From the NCBI GenBank assembly GCA_964409875.1, contig CAYPEN010000004.1, positions 11,596 to 75,595 on the forward strand: DNA of 64,000 nt, given 5' to 3'. A program made the position numbers and the translations under genes. Positions 37,615 through 46,984 of the stretch are shown here, in pieces. This stretch comes from an uncultured Gammaproteobacteria bacterium (GTDB lineage Bacteria; Patescibacteriota; Microgenomatia; Levybacterales; GWA1-39-11). A model generated the notes under the pieces. It worked only from the letters and a program-made list of their open reading frames with translations. It did not search any database and was not told the DNA's origin. Numbering within the stretch: the first letter of the stretch is position 1; each line of letters starts with the position of its first letter.

Positions 37615-38802
37615 ATGGCACGAAAAAAGATATCTGAATTTGCGGCCAAGAAACTCCTGTACGAATTTTTAGAAGTCCCCTACAATGGTGTTTCTATAGA
37701 CACAAATGATGAATATTATGAAGATCTCCTTTCACAAATGGATGATGGAAAAAAATATGTCCTTAAAGTAGACCAGGGAATAAAGCAGCGGAAGAAGAGA
37801 GGACTGGTTACGTTCAATATTTCAAAAGAGAATATTAAAGAAGAAATCGTGAGGCTTGCCGAGAAAGGCTTCTCAAGTTTTATATTGGAAGAATTTGTTG
37901 AGCATGAAGGATTTGGCGAAAATTATCTGGCAATTGAACGGGTGCGAGAAGGGAAGAGGGTGTACTATTCGACCGTAGGAGGAATAGACATTGAAGAGCA
38001 TAAGGACAAGATAGAGACGGCAATCATTAGCGATTACAGTCAGTTTGAAGATATTTCAAAGACTCTGGGGATAACTGTTGAAACTTTTGAAAGCTTATTG
38101 CAAGCATTTGATAATTACTATTTTTCATTTCTTGAAATAAATCCTTTAGTTTCCATGAACGGGAAATTCTACTTTCTTGATACTGCAGTTGAGGTAGATA
38201 GCACCGCAGAATTTTTTGTAAATGGAGCGTGGAGCAAAAGTGATTTTCGAGAAGGGGGAAGGGCGCAAAAAACACCAGAAGAGGTGGCAATAGAAGAGTT
38301 AAAAGAAACTACTCCTGCGGCATTAAGTTTTCAACTACTCAATCCTGATGGTTCTTTGTTTGTATTATTATCAGGCGGCGGGGCATCACTGGTGACTGCT
38401 GATGAGATTTATCAAAAAGGAAAAGGAAATGAATTAGCAAATTATGGTGAGTATAGCGGAAGTCCGTCCGAGGAAGAAACCTATTTATATGTGCAGCAAA
38501 TTTTACGTACGTTGCTCCGTTCGAAAGCTCCAAAAAAGGCAATAATTGTTTCGGGTGGCGTTGCTAATTTTACCGATGTCAGAATTACCTTTAAAGGAAT
38601 AATAAGAGCGATGGAAGAAGTAAGCGATGATTTAAAACAACAAAACACTAAAGTATTTGTTCGGCGTGGAGGTCCCCATCAGGATGAAGGACTTTCAATG
38701 ATGAGAGAATTTCTTGAAAAGCATGATCTACTGGGAGAAATTCACGGTCCGGAATTAGTGTTAACGGATATTGTACAACCGGCGATTGAATGGATTAGTT
38801 GA
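37615..38802 (+). CDS. aclB: ATP-citrate lyase, ATP-grasp (beta) subunit
   Basis: LKVDQGIKQRKKRGL, FLEINPL, LSGGGAS, ANYGEYSGSP, GGVANFTDV, VRRGGP. Confidence 0.9.
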   Translation: MARKKISEFAAKKLLYEFLEVPYNGVSIDTNDEYYEDLLSQMDDGKKYVLKVDQGIKQRKKRGLVTFNISKENIKEEIVRLAEKGFSSFILEEFVEHEGFGENYLAIERVREGKRVYYSTVGGIDIEEHKDKIETAIISDYSQFEDISKTLGITVETFESLLQAFDNYYFSFLEINPLVSMNGKFYFLDTAVEVDSTAEFFVNGAWSKSDFREGGRAQKTPEEVAIEELKETTPAALSFQLLNPDGSLFVLLSGGGASLVTADEIYQKGKGNELANYGEYSGSPSEEETYLYVQQILRTLLRSKAPKKAIIVSGGVANFTDVRITFKGIIRAMEEVSDDLKQQNTKVFVRRGGPHQDEGLSMMREFLEKHDLLGEIHGPELVLTDIVQPAIEWIS

Positions 38803-38814
38803 AGTGTGAAGTAT

Positions 38815-38835
38815 GATTTAGGATTTAGGATTTAG
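38815..38835. repeat. Heptamer tandem repeat GATTTAG x3
   Basis: Exact triple repeat between aclB and aclA. Confidence 0.7.
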
Positions 38836-38840
38836 GATAT

Positions 38841-40625
38841 ATGAATATAAAAGAATTACGAGAATTAACATCAAAAATTATTATCATCGGATCGCATCCG
38901 GGAATTATTCAGTCAATTTTGGATTACGATTTTTTAGTAGGGCACACTACTCCATCTATTATTGGGATTGTTGCGAATGGAAGAAGATATGAACGTTTCT
39001 TTTTTGGAAAACATGAAACACTAATTCGTGTATATCCTACTCTCTCCTCTATCCCCAAAGAAATGAGAGAAAAAGTGAACATGCTTCTGAATGTCTCGTC
39101 AGGGAGGAGAACTTTCACCTCCACTGTTGAGGCAATAGATGCATTTCCAAATTTAAAACTCGGAACTCTTTTTGCAGAAGGTGTTCCTGAAAAACATGCA
39201 ATTGACCTTTTCGAATATGCAAAAGACAAAAACGTAACCCTTATCGGTCCGGCAAGTGTAGGGATAGTAGTTCCTGGAGCTTTTAAGCTGGGAGCAGTTG
39301 GAGGAATTTCGCAAAAACAAATAACTTCATCAGGCATTTGGTCAAATGGCGGTGTGTGTGTGCTCTCTGCTTCGGGGGGAATGGTGAACGAAATCATAAA
39401 TGTTGTGAATGGTACCCACAACAAAACCTCTTTTGCTCTTTCTTTTGGTGGAGATAGATTTCCTCTTCTAGAACCGGTTGATGCATTGATGGCAGCTCAA
39501 GTAGATGAGGCAACACAAGCAATTGTTTATTATGGTGAATTAGGGGGAGAAGATGAGTATAAATTGGCAAAACTCATAGAAATAGGACACATCACAAAGC
39601 CGGTTATTTGCTATGTTGCAGGAACAATTTCCGATCTTTTTGAAACTCCTCCGCAATTTGGGCATGCAAAAGCGATGGCAAAAAATATGGAAGAGTCAGC
39701 AAGTGCGAAGCGGGAGACTCTCAAAAAGGCGGGTGCAAAAGTTCCAGAAAGTTTTTCTGAATTTGTTGATATGATACGAAACCTTCCTGACTTTGGAACA
39801 GAAGAGGCAAGTGGTACAATTGAGTATATGGAAGATAGACGACACGCGCTCATTTCATCAAGCATTTCAAAAGATGTAGATGGGGACGTAAAAATATTGG
39901 GTGAGGATTTGACTACCTTTGCAAAAGATAATTCATTTGCAAAAATTGCTGCATCATTGTTTCTTGGGAAAAAATTACAAAATTCTGAAACCGAAGAGCT
40001 TGTCGATTTTATATTAAAAGTTAGCGTTGATCACGGACCCTATGTCTCGGGTGCACTTAACACTATTGTCTCTGCACGAGCAGGAAAGGACTTGGTCTCA
40101 TCATTGTCAGCCGGACTTTTGACGATAGGTCCTCGTTTTGGTGGTGCTCTGAACGAGGCAGCAAGGAATTGGTTTTCAGGGGTTGTTGATAACAAGACAG
40201 CCTTTCAATTCGTCGAAGAATTTGCAGCTCGGAAAGAATACATACAAGGTATTGGTCATAAAAAATACCGTATTGATATGCCTGACCCTAGGGTTTCTGA
40301 ACTTAAGAAGTTCATGGATAAATTGGAAAAGAAGAGGTTTATACATTTTGCTCTTAATGTCGAAAAAATAACAACGGATAAAAAAGGAAATCTGATACTC
40401 AACGTTGACGGTACAATAGCCGCCCTACTCCTCGACTTTCTTTCCGAAAAGGAGGGGTATACTGACGAACAATTATTTGAGTTAATCCAGCAAGAATTTT
40501 TCAATGCACTTTTTGTTCTCTCAAGAAGTGTTGGTTTTATCGCTCATTTCCTTGACCAAAAAAGACTCGACGAGGGATTATTGCGGTTAACTGAAGACGA
40601 TGTAGCAGATGCAAGTTTACAATAG
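38841..40625 (+). CDS. aclA: ATP-citrate lyase, alpha subunit
   Basis: AEGVPE, IGPASVG, FGGDRFP, phospho-His QFGHA, DHGPYVSGA, IGPRFGGA, GIGHK, LNVDG. Confidence 0.92.
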   Translation: MNIKELRELTSKIIIIGSHPGIIQSILDYDFLVGHTTPSIIGIVANGRRYERFFFGKHETLIRVYPTLSSIPKEMREKVNMLLNVSSGRRTFTSTVEAIDAFPNLKLGTLFAEGVPEKHAIDLFEYAKDKNVTLIGPASVGIVVPGAFKLGAVGGISQKQITSSGIWSNGGVCVLSASGGMVNEIINVVNGTHNKTSFALSFGGDRFPLLEPVDALMAAQVDEATQAIVYYGELGGEDEYKLAKLIEIGHITKPVICYVAGTISDLFETPPQFGHAKAMAKNMEESASAKRETLKKAGAKVPESFSEFVDMIRNLPDFGTEEASGTIEYMEDRRHALISSSISKDVDGDVKILGEDLTTFAKDNSFAKIAASLFLGKKLQNSETEELVDFILKVSVDHGPYVSGALNTIVSARAGKDLVSSLSAGLLTIGPRFGGALNEAARNWFSGVVDNKTAFQFVEEFAARKEYIQGIGHKKYRIDMPDPRVSELKKFMDKLEKKRFIHFALNVEKITTDKKGNLILNVDGTIAALLLDFLSEKEGYTDEQLFELIQQEFFNALFVLSRSVGFIAHFLDQKRLDEGLLRLTEDDVADASLQ

Positions 40626-41574
40626 CGTTCTCCTCTCAACTATTCTCTGGTATCAAATTGGCGGTATCGCCAAAACCGTTATTGATGTTTCCTCAAAAGA
40701 AGATGTTTATGAGGCCCTGAATTACATAAAATCCCACAATGAGACGAAGGTTTTTATTCTTGGGATGGGTTCTAATTTGCTTTTCTCTGATGAGGGATAT
40801 GATGGGGTAATAATCCGCTTTTTGTCTCAAGAAGACGGAATGGGCGTGAAATTACTTGAAAATGGTGTAGTTGAAAGTTTTGCCGGGGAATTTTTAGATA
40901 GTGTTATTCAAACCGGATTTGAACATGATCTTACGGGACTTGAATGGGCAGGGGGACTTCCAGGGACGGTTGGAGCAGCCGTCAGGGGAAATGTTGGTGC
41001 GTTTGGAGGAGAGATAAAAGACAGTTTTGTGAAAGCACATTGTATCCGCTTGCAAGAAAACGGGGATTATGAAGAAGTCACAATAAGTCATGCGGAGATG
41101 GATTTTGCATATCGTTCAAGCAAGGTAAAAACGGAGAAATTAATTGTTGTATCCGCTCAGTTTCAATTAAAACAGGCAACTCCGGAGGAACTACTCGCAG
41201 CCCGCGAAACGTACTACGCAAACATCCGCTACAGGCAGGACAATCATCCACTCGATTATCCAAATTGCGGAAGCGTATTCAAAAATATCTCCAAAGGGGA
41301 AGAAGTTGAAAGGATTCTCGAGTCATGGGGAGATATTAAAGATTTGGTATATGGAAAATGGCATGGAAAAGTGAGTATGGGGTACGTTATTGATAGACTT
41401 GGATTTAAAGGTCAAAGAAACGGAGCAGCACAAGTGAGTGAAAAACATCAGAATTTTATAGTGAATCTTGGGGGAGCAAAAGCCAATGACGTGAAGGGTC
41501 TTATCTCCGAAATTGAGGAAGAAATGCAGGAATCATTTGGTTTCACCCCGGAGGTCGAAATTGAAATAGTATAA
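40609..41574 (+). CDS. murB: UDP-N-acetylmuramate dehydrogenase
   Basis: IGGIA, LGMGSNLL, GLPGTVGAAVRGNVGAFG, CGSVFKN, SEKHQNFIVN. Confidence 0.95.
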   Translation: MQVYNSVLLSTILWYQIGGIAKTVIDVSSKEDVYEALNYIKSHNETKVFILGMGSNLLFSDEGYDGVIIRFLSQEDGMGVKLLENGVVESFAGEFLDSVIQTGFEHDLTGLEWAGGLPGTVGAAVRGNVGAFGGEIKDSFVKAHCIRLQENGDYEEVTISHAEMDFAYRSSKVKTEKLIVVSAQFQLKQATPEELLAARETYYANIRYRQDNHPLDYPNCGSVFKNISKGEEVERILESWGDIKDLVYGKWHGKVSMGYVIDRLGFKGQRNGAAQVSEKHQNFIVNLGGAKANDVKGLISEIEEEMQESFGFTPEVEIEIV

Positions 41575-41580
41575 ATTTTC

Positions 41581-42375
41581 TTAAAGAACCCTTTTGCCTC
41601 GTTCTGCCCTTCTAATTAGCCTGTTTATTCTGTCATCAACAACACTTCCAAACATCTTTCTGGATTTTTCAATCATTGATACAATTTCGTCCCTTTCTAA
41701 CTTGTAAACCCCAGTTTCTTTTTTTAGCACTGCTTCTCTCAAATCTCCGGAATATCCTGTTAGTCCAGTACCTACACCATAAAAATGGCCGTCAGTTCCT
41801 CCAACCGGAGCTACTGTTCCTTGCCCATTACTTATAAACCATTCATAAGCTTTACTATTAGCTGTGCTCGTGCCCAAAGAATCGAGCCCAGCATTAAATA
41901 TTTCTACCCCATCCACATGTGCGTCCTCGTCGTCAATACCAAGTATCTCTTCAATTTGGTTGCCGTCCACCGATCTCATTCCAAGATTTTTATAAAAAGG
42001 ATGAGCAGCGACTACAATTCCATTCTGTCTATGAACTTCACGAATTGAATTCGCGGGCGAGAGCCCTGTAGAAATTTCTTCCGAAAGAAATAATCCTAAT
42101 AAGTGCCCTCTTGTGGAAGTAGTTATCTCTTGTCCCGGTACAATTTCAATTGGATAACGCATTATTTCCGCGTATCTTCTTGCTTCAAGCGCAGGACTTA
42201 ATTTATCATGATCGGTAATAGCCAATGCATTCATGTGTCCTAGCTCAACAGCGAGATCAACGACTTTCCTTACCTCCATTTGACCATCGGATTTATTAGT
42301 ATGCATATGTAGGTCCGCAAACTTTGTTGCCTCAGGCGATACACCGTAAATTTCAAGCATGGCAAATTTTACCAT
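41581..42375 (-). CDS. PHP-domain metal-dependent phosphoesterase
   Basis: ADLHMHT..SDG, AITDHD, GQEIT, AAHP, GGTDGH; start uncertain. Confidence 0.9.
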   Translation of the reverse strand: MVKFAMLEIYGVSPEATKFADLHMHTNKSDGQMEVRKVVDLAVELGHMNALAITDHDKLSPALEARRYAEIMRYPIEIVPGQEITTSTRGHLLGLFLSEEISTGLSPANSIREVHRQNGIVVAAHPFYKNLGMRSVDGNQIEEILGIDDEDAHVDGVEIFNAGLDSLGTSTANSKAYEWFISNGQGTVAPVGGTDGHFYGVGTGLTGYSGDLREAVLKKETGVYKLERDEIVSMIEKSRKMFGSVVDDRINRLIRRAERGKRVL

Positions 42376-42400
42376 ATGGAGAAAAAGTTCTTTTATTTGC

Positions 42401-43000
42401 CTATTTAGGGGAATTATCCAAGCTTTGCCACAAGATGCGACATGCATAGGTTCTATAAGGAATCCATTTTTGCGAGATTTTAAGCAATTCTTTCTCTGTA
42501 GGATTTTCGAGTGCGTATAGCCGTACCATCGCGTTTCGAAGACCTAAATCTCCAACCGAAAAAACATCAGGACGGGCAAGTGCAAACATCAAAAACATCT
42601 CAGCTGACCATGTTCCGATTCCCTTAACTTTTGTGAGATTCTGGATTACTGTTTCTTCATCTGCTTCTTCCAGTTCTTCAAGAAGCAATTCTTTCGTGTG
42701 AACTTTTTCGGCCAAATCCTTTATGTATTTTATTTTTGGATAAGAAATTCCACACGCTCTGATATCTTCATCTTTTTGAGCAAGGATTGACTGCGCTGTT
42801 ACACCCTTTTTGAATAACTTCTCAAATCTTCCCCAAATGGTTGAGGCAGCTTTTACGGATAATTGTTGCCCTACAATCGCTCTGACAAGGCGCACAAAAT
42901 GATTGGAACTTTTTTCAAGAACAATGGGGTCAATGCTCTCTGCAAGTTCGTAAAGAAGCGGGTCAACTTTTTTAAAATGTTGAAGAGCTTTTTGATACAC
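42401..43000 (-). CDS. alkA: DNA-3-methyladenine glycosylase II (HhH-GPD)
   Basis: AIVGQQLSVKAA, VKGIGTWSAEMFLMF, DLGL, WIPYRTYA. Confidence 0.92.
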   Translation of the reverse strand: MYQKALQHFKKVDPLLYELAESIDPIVLEKSSNHFVRLVRAIVGQQLSVKAASTIWGRFEKLFKKGVTAQSILAQKDEDIRACGISYPKIKYIKDLAEKVHTKELLLEELEEADEETVIQNLTKVKGIGTWSAEMFLMFALARPDVFSVGDLGLRNAMVRLYALENPTEKELLKISQKWIPYRTYACRILWQSLDNSPK

Positions 43001-43069
43001 TTATAAGTATTATATAGCAAAAAGAGTCAATGTTTATTAGACAGCTGTTTGCTATAATTGAACGTTATT

Positions 43070-43867
43070 ATGGAGGAAAAAAAGGGCCCAAAGCTTACGT
43101 TTTCAGTTGCAGATATTCCGCTTGGTATTGCACTTGAAGAATATTTTTTGCTTGCAAATAATCTCAACGTTGACGGGTTAGAGGTGGTTGTCGGATGGAA
43201 AACCAGGTTTCAAATGAGAAAATTGGCCCGTCTTTCCAAAAGATATAATGTACCTATTCTTTCTATTCATCAACCAGCCTGGTCAGTGGCCGGATTTTGG
43301 CAAGATGAGAAGGCATTCTACTTTGCGAAAAAATTCAATGCCGTGTATGTTGCACATCCGCTCGTTAATACCCACATAAATTCACCAAAATCAAAAGCGT
43401 ATTACAAATGGCTTGTTGAGATGCAAAAAAAATATGAAATTGAAATTCTGATTGAGAATATGACCAATATTTATCAACTTATGCCTCTACTTCATTATGT
43501 AAGCAAAAAGCATCATGATAGTGCGACAGATGTAGAATATTTTGACAGTATATGCAAAAAATATGGTTTTGGATTTACTCTTGATATCTCACATCTTATG
43601 GAAAGCGAACCTCAAAAAGCCGATGGATTTATGGAATTATGGCCATTTCTTAAGAATATCCACCTTTCGGATTTTACCGAGAAGAAAGAACACATGGGCC
43701 TTGGGGACGGGGTCCTTAATTATGAAAGTTTCCTTACATATTTAAAGGAAAAAAATTATACCGGACTTATCAATTTGGAGCTTTGTCCCAGAATCCTTAA
43801 TGCAAGAGAGAAGTATTACAAAGACATAGCAAAGTCAGTAAAAATAGTACGAGAGTACTTCCCATAA
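43070..43867 (+). CDS. Sugar phosphate isomerase/epimerase (AP endonuclease 2 TIM barrel)
   Basis: DGLEV, LSIHQP, IENM, LDISH, IHLSD, INLE. Confidence 0.85.
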   Translation: MEEKKGPKLTFSVADIPLGIALEEYFLLANNLNVDGLEVVVGWKTRFQMRKLARLSKRYNVPILSIHQPAWSVAGFWQDEKAFYFAKKFNAVYVAHPLVNTHINSPKSKAYYKWLVEMQKKYEIEILIENMTNIYQLMPLLHYVSKKHHDSATDVEYFDSICKKYGFGFTLDISHLMESEPQKADGFMELWPFLKNIHLSDFTEKKEHMGLGDGVLNYESFLTYLKEKNYTGLINLELCPRILNAREKYYKDIAKSVKIVREYFP

Positions 43868-43940
43868 ATTTTTGATATGTCTTTGAGCTTCTAAAGACAT
43901 AGCAAAATCAGTAAAAATAGTTCGCGAATTTTTTTCATAA
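43820..43940 (+). repeat. Diverged 48-bp direct repeat of the gene 3' end (43820-43867 and 43893-43940)
   Basis: KDIAKSVKIVREYFP* versus KDIAKSVKIVREFFS*. Confidence 0.85.
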
Positions 43941-44015
43941 CCTCTTTATTCTTGACAGGTAACTTCTCAATACTTCATACTGGTAGTGTATTTTTAAAAA
44001 AGGAGGTGATTTTAT

Positions 44016-44408
44016 ATGGCTACTAAAAAAAGTGCACAAAAAGATAACGACATGACGATGAAAATTTTTATCGCGGTAGCACTTGTTATCGCATTTGTTG
44101 GAGGATACCTTATTGCCAGGGCAAAATATAAACCGCAACTTCAGGAGCTTTCAAAAATGGTTCTTGATAAAGATGAAGCATTGCAACAGATGAAGTCATA
44201 CAACAACAAAATCATGATGAAGGATGACAAGATGTGGGTTGTAGAGAATGGGAAAGTAAAAGAAATGGATTCAGATGTTATGATGCCAAGCGGTGACAAA
44301 GTTATGATGAACGGAAAGGTGATGAGAGCGGATGGAACTGATGTAATGATGAAAAATGGTGAAGCAATAGATATGGATGGGAAGATGATGTCCGATGGGA
44401 CTAATTAA
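44016..44408 (+). CDS. Membrane-anchored Met-rich protein (DUF6799-like)
   Basis: SD AGGAGGTGA; TM; C-terminus IMMKDDKM...VMMNGKVM..DG..VMMKNGE.IDMDG. Confidence 0.75.
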   Translation: MATKKSAQKDNDMTMKIFIAVALVIAFVGGYLIARAKYKPQLQELSKMVLDKDEALQQMKSYNNKIMMKDDKMWVVENGKVKEMDSDVMMPSGDKVMMNGKVMRADGTDVMMKNGEAIDMDGKMMSDGTN

Positions 44409-44416
44409 ACTCTTTC

Positions 44417-45844
44417 CTAAATCTTTGCAACCTCACTTTTTCTTCTTCCAATATCCATGGGGTAGTTTCCTGTAAATGCTGAAGTTGAGAAGGCATCCTC
44501 GGGAAGGCCCGTTGCTTCTATCATTTTTTCGTAGGGAAGGAAATGTAGTGTATCCGCGCTAATGTAATTTCTCATTTCTTCAACTGACATTCTGGCTGCG
44601 AGAAGTTTGCTTTGTTGTGGCGTATCTATTCCATAAAAATCAGGATATTTTACGGGAGATGATGTGATGAGCATATGCACCTCAGCAGCTCCAGCATTTC
44701 GTATCATTCTTACCACTTCCCGAGGGGTTGTCCCTCTTACAATGCTGTCATCAACGACAATTACCCTTTGACCTGCCAAAACTTCGGGGAGAGGAGTTAG
44801 TTTTTCCCTTACCTTCTGGGCCCGTATGTCTTCTCCGGGATCAATGAAAGTCCTTCCGCTATAGGTGTTTTTTATGAGCCCAACCTCTTTTGGAATACCT
44901 GAAGCCCGTGCAAACCCATGTGCAGCGGGAAGACCTGAGTTGGGCACATCAATAACAATATCACCTTTAACATCTGGAAATTCTTCAGCAAGCATTTCTC
45001 CGAACCGCTCACGTACTTTATATACACTCTTACCTAATAACTGGCTGTCCGGTCTTGAGAAGTATACGAATTCAAAAATATCCAATTTTTGTTCGCCATC
45101 GGCAAACTGATGAGAAGTAACACCATTCTTGTCTATAACAACTTCCTCGCCTGGACGAAGGTCTCTTATGTGTCTCATATCTTGCGTAAATGCACATGTT
45201 TCAGATGCGAGGAGGTAGCCGTTCTTGTAAGAAGCAAGCGATAGTGGACGTATGCCTTTAGGGTCACGAAGAGCGACAACTCTATTTTTATCCATAAGAA
45301 CGAGAGAATATGCGCCGGTGAAAAGGGGAGCAGCTTCACGAGCGGCTTCTTCAAGCGGTGCGCCGCATTTCATATACTGTCCAATAGCTGCATGCATCAT
45401 CTCTGAATCATTCATTTGATTGGTTGGAATGCCCCTTGAGCTGAGAAATTCTTCAAGCTTTGAGGTATCGGGAATATTGCCATTATGGGCGAGTGCAAAA
45501 GATGCAGGTTCTCCCACAATAGGCTGAAAATGCAGATTATTCCCCCCATTTCCATTGCTCGTACTATATCTATTGTGTCCAATAGCAATACTGCCCGGGA
45601 GATTGGTAATATCAAAATCCTCGGGGTCAAATACTTGGGTTACAAGCCCTCTTCCCCTCCTATGAAATAAAGATTCTCCTTCCGAACTTACAACACCTGA
45701 ACCCTCCTGTCCTCTATGCTGGAGTCTGAAAAGGCCGGTTGTTACAAGCCGTGCGGCATTGTCTATTTCCGGAATATTTGCGGCAAACACAGCGCACTTC
45801 TCGTTTAATTCAGCAGCATGAACGGTTGCTTCGGGAGATGGCAT
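44417..45844 (-). CDS. purF: Amidophosphoribosyltransferase
   Basis: Propeptide then Cys (NEKCAVF), LQHRGQE, GHNRYST, AHNGN, VDDSIVRGTT. Confidence 0.96.
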   Translation of the reverse strand: MPSPEATVHAAELNEKCAVFAANIPEIDNAARLVTTGLFRLQHRGQEGSGVVSSEGESLFHRRGRGLVTQVFDPEDFDITNLPGSIAIGHNRYSTSNGNGGNNLHFQPIVGEPASFALAHNGNIPDTSKLEEFLSSRGIPTNQMNDSEMMHAAIGQYMKCGAPLEEAAREAAPLFTGAYSLVLMDKNRVVALRDPKGIRPLSLASYKNGYLLASETCAFTQDMRHIRDLRPGEEVVIDKNGVTSHQFADGEQKLDIFEFVYFSRPDSQLLGKSVYKVRERFGEMLAEEFPDVKGDIVIDVPNSGLPAAHGFARASGIPKEVGLIKNTYSGRTFIDPGEDIRAQKVREKLTPLPEVLAGQRVIVVDDSIVRGTTPREVVRMIRNAGAAEVHMLITSSPVKYPDFYGIDTPQQSKLLAARMSVEEMRNYISADTLHFLPYEKMIEATGLPEDAFSTSAFTGNYPMDIGRRKSEVAKI

Positions 45845-45891
45845 TTACACTTTTACTATACTTACTAAAAATTAGGAATTCAATAAGAAAT

Positions 45892-46938
45892 TTAGGAGTA
45901 CTTTTTCAATAAATTCACTAAGGCATCTTCGCTCCATGAAAGTCCCTTTATTTGAGGTTTTTTGTTTTTGTGCGCTTCGAAGTGGGGAACAAGCACTTTT
46001 TTTGAATATGTTTTGATAACCGTTGGATGGATATAGTAGTTCCTACAGACTGCAACGGTATTATTAAGATGTACTGCAACCTTTTTTACCGTATCAACGA
46101 CATTTTTCTTTATTTCGCTCGCATTCTCGGCTTGCCCCTTTTTATAAAATATCTCAGAAGAAAGAGTGGTTGCTCCCCACGTCCTAAAATCCTTGGCGGT
46201 AAAATCATTTTGCGTTACATCTTGTAAAAAATCATTGACATCCTGAGAATCAATTACGTGCCTTTCCCCCTCGTCATCGATATACTGAAATAATTCATAG
46301 CCAGGCAACTCAATGCACTTTTTTATGGTTTTAACAACTGTTGGGTTTGTCACTTCAATAACATTTTCAACTCCGTGTTTTCCTCTAAAACGGAAAACAA
46401 TCTCTCCCGTTTTTACCAATGCATGCTTGTTGCGAAGCGTTGTGAGACCATATGAATCGTTTTCTTTTTGATACTCTTCATTTCCAATCCGGACAAACGT
46501 ATGTTCTAAAAGCCAGACAATTGTTGCAAGAATTTTTTGCTTTGACATATCCTTTGAGTGCATGTCATATGCTATTTTTGAACGTATTTTCGGTAGACTT
46601 AGTCCAAAATCGACCATTTTTGAGAACTTATTTTCCTGACTTATTTTCTTCCAGTCTTCGTGATATATATATTGTTTTCTTCCTTTCTCATCGATACCGG
46701 TTGCCTGTAAATGGCCATTTTGAAAGGGCGCAATCCAAACATTCTTCCAAGCCGGTGGAATAACAAGCTTCTTAATTCGTTCAAGAGTTTTTTCATCTTT
46801 TATTTTATTTCCTTCCGTGTCGTAATAAGAAAAAGAACCCCTGTTCTTTTGTCTAAAGTACCCCGGAGCTGCATCTGAGATATAACGGAGCGATTCCTTT
46901 TTAAGCCCTTCAATTAAATTGGGGGTGAGATTATCCAT
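45892..46938 (-). CDS. Bacterial type IB DNA topoisomerase
   Basis: IPPAWKNVWI, GRKQYIYH, RIGNEEY, FRGK, TAKDFRTW, LNNTVAVCRNYYIHP with catalytic Tyr. Confidence 0.95.
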   Translation of the reverse strand: MDNLTPNLIEGLKKESLRYISDAAPGYFRQKNRGSFSYYDTEGNKIKDEKTLERIKKLVIPPAWKNVWIAPFQNGHLQATGIDEKGRKQYIYHEDWKKISQENKFSKMVDFGLSLPKIRSKIAYDMHSKDMSKQKILATIVWLLEHTFVRIGNEEYQKENDSYGLTTLRNKHALVKTGEIVFRFRGKHGVENVIEVTNPTVVKTIKKCIELPGYELFQYIDDEGERHVIDSQDVNDFLQDVTQNDFTAKDFRTWGATTLSSEIFYKKGQAENASEIKKNVVDTVKKVAVHLNNTVAVCRNYYIHPTVIKTYSKKVLVPHFEAHKNKKPQIKGLSWSEDALVNLLKKYS

Positions 46939-46984
46939 AGGTGTATTTAAAAGGTTACAGTATGAGAAGGGAGTTTTACAACAA

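Noticed and set aside
43820-43940. DGR template/variable repeat pair
   Set aside because: Too short, differences are not adenine-specific, and no reverse transcriptase is in the window.
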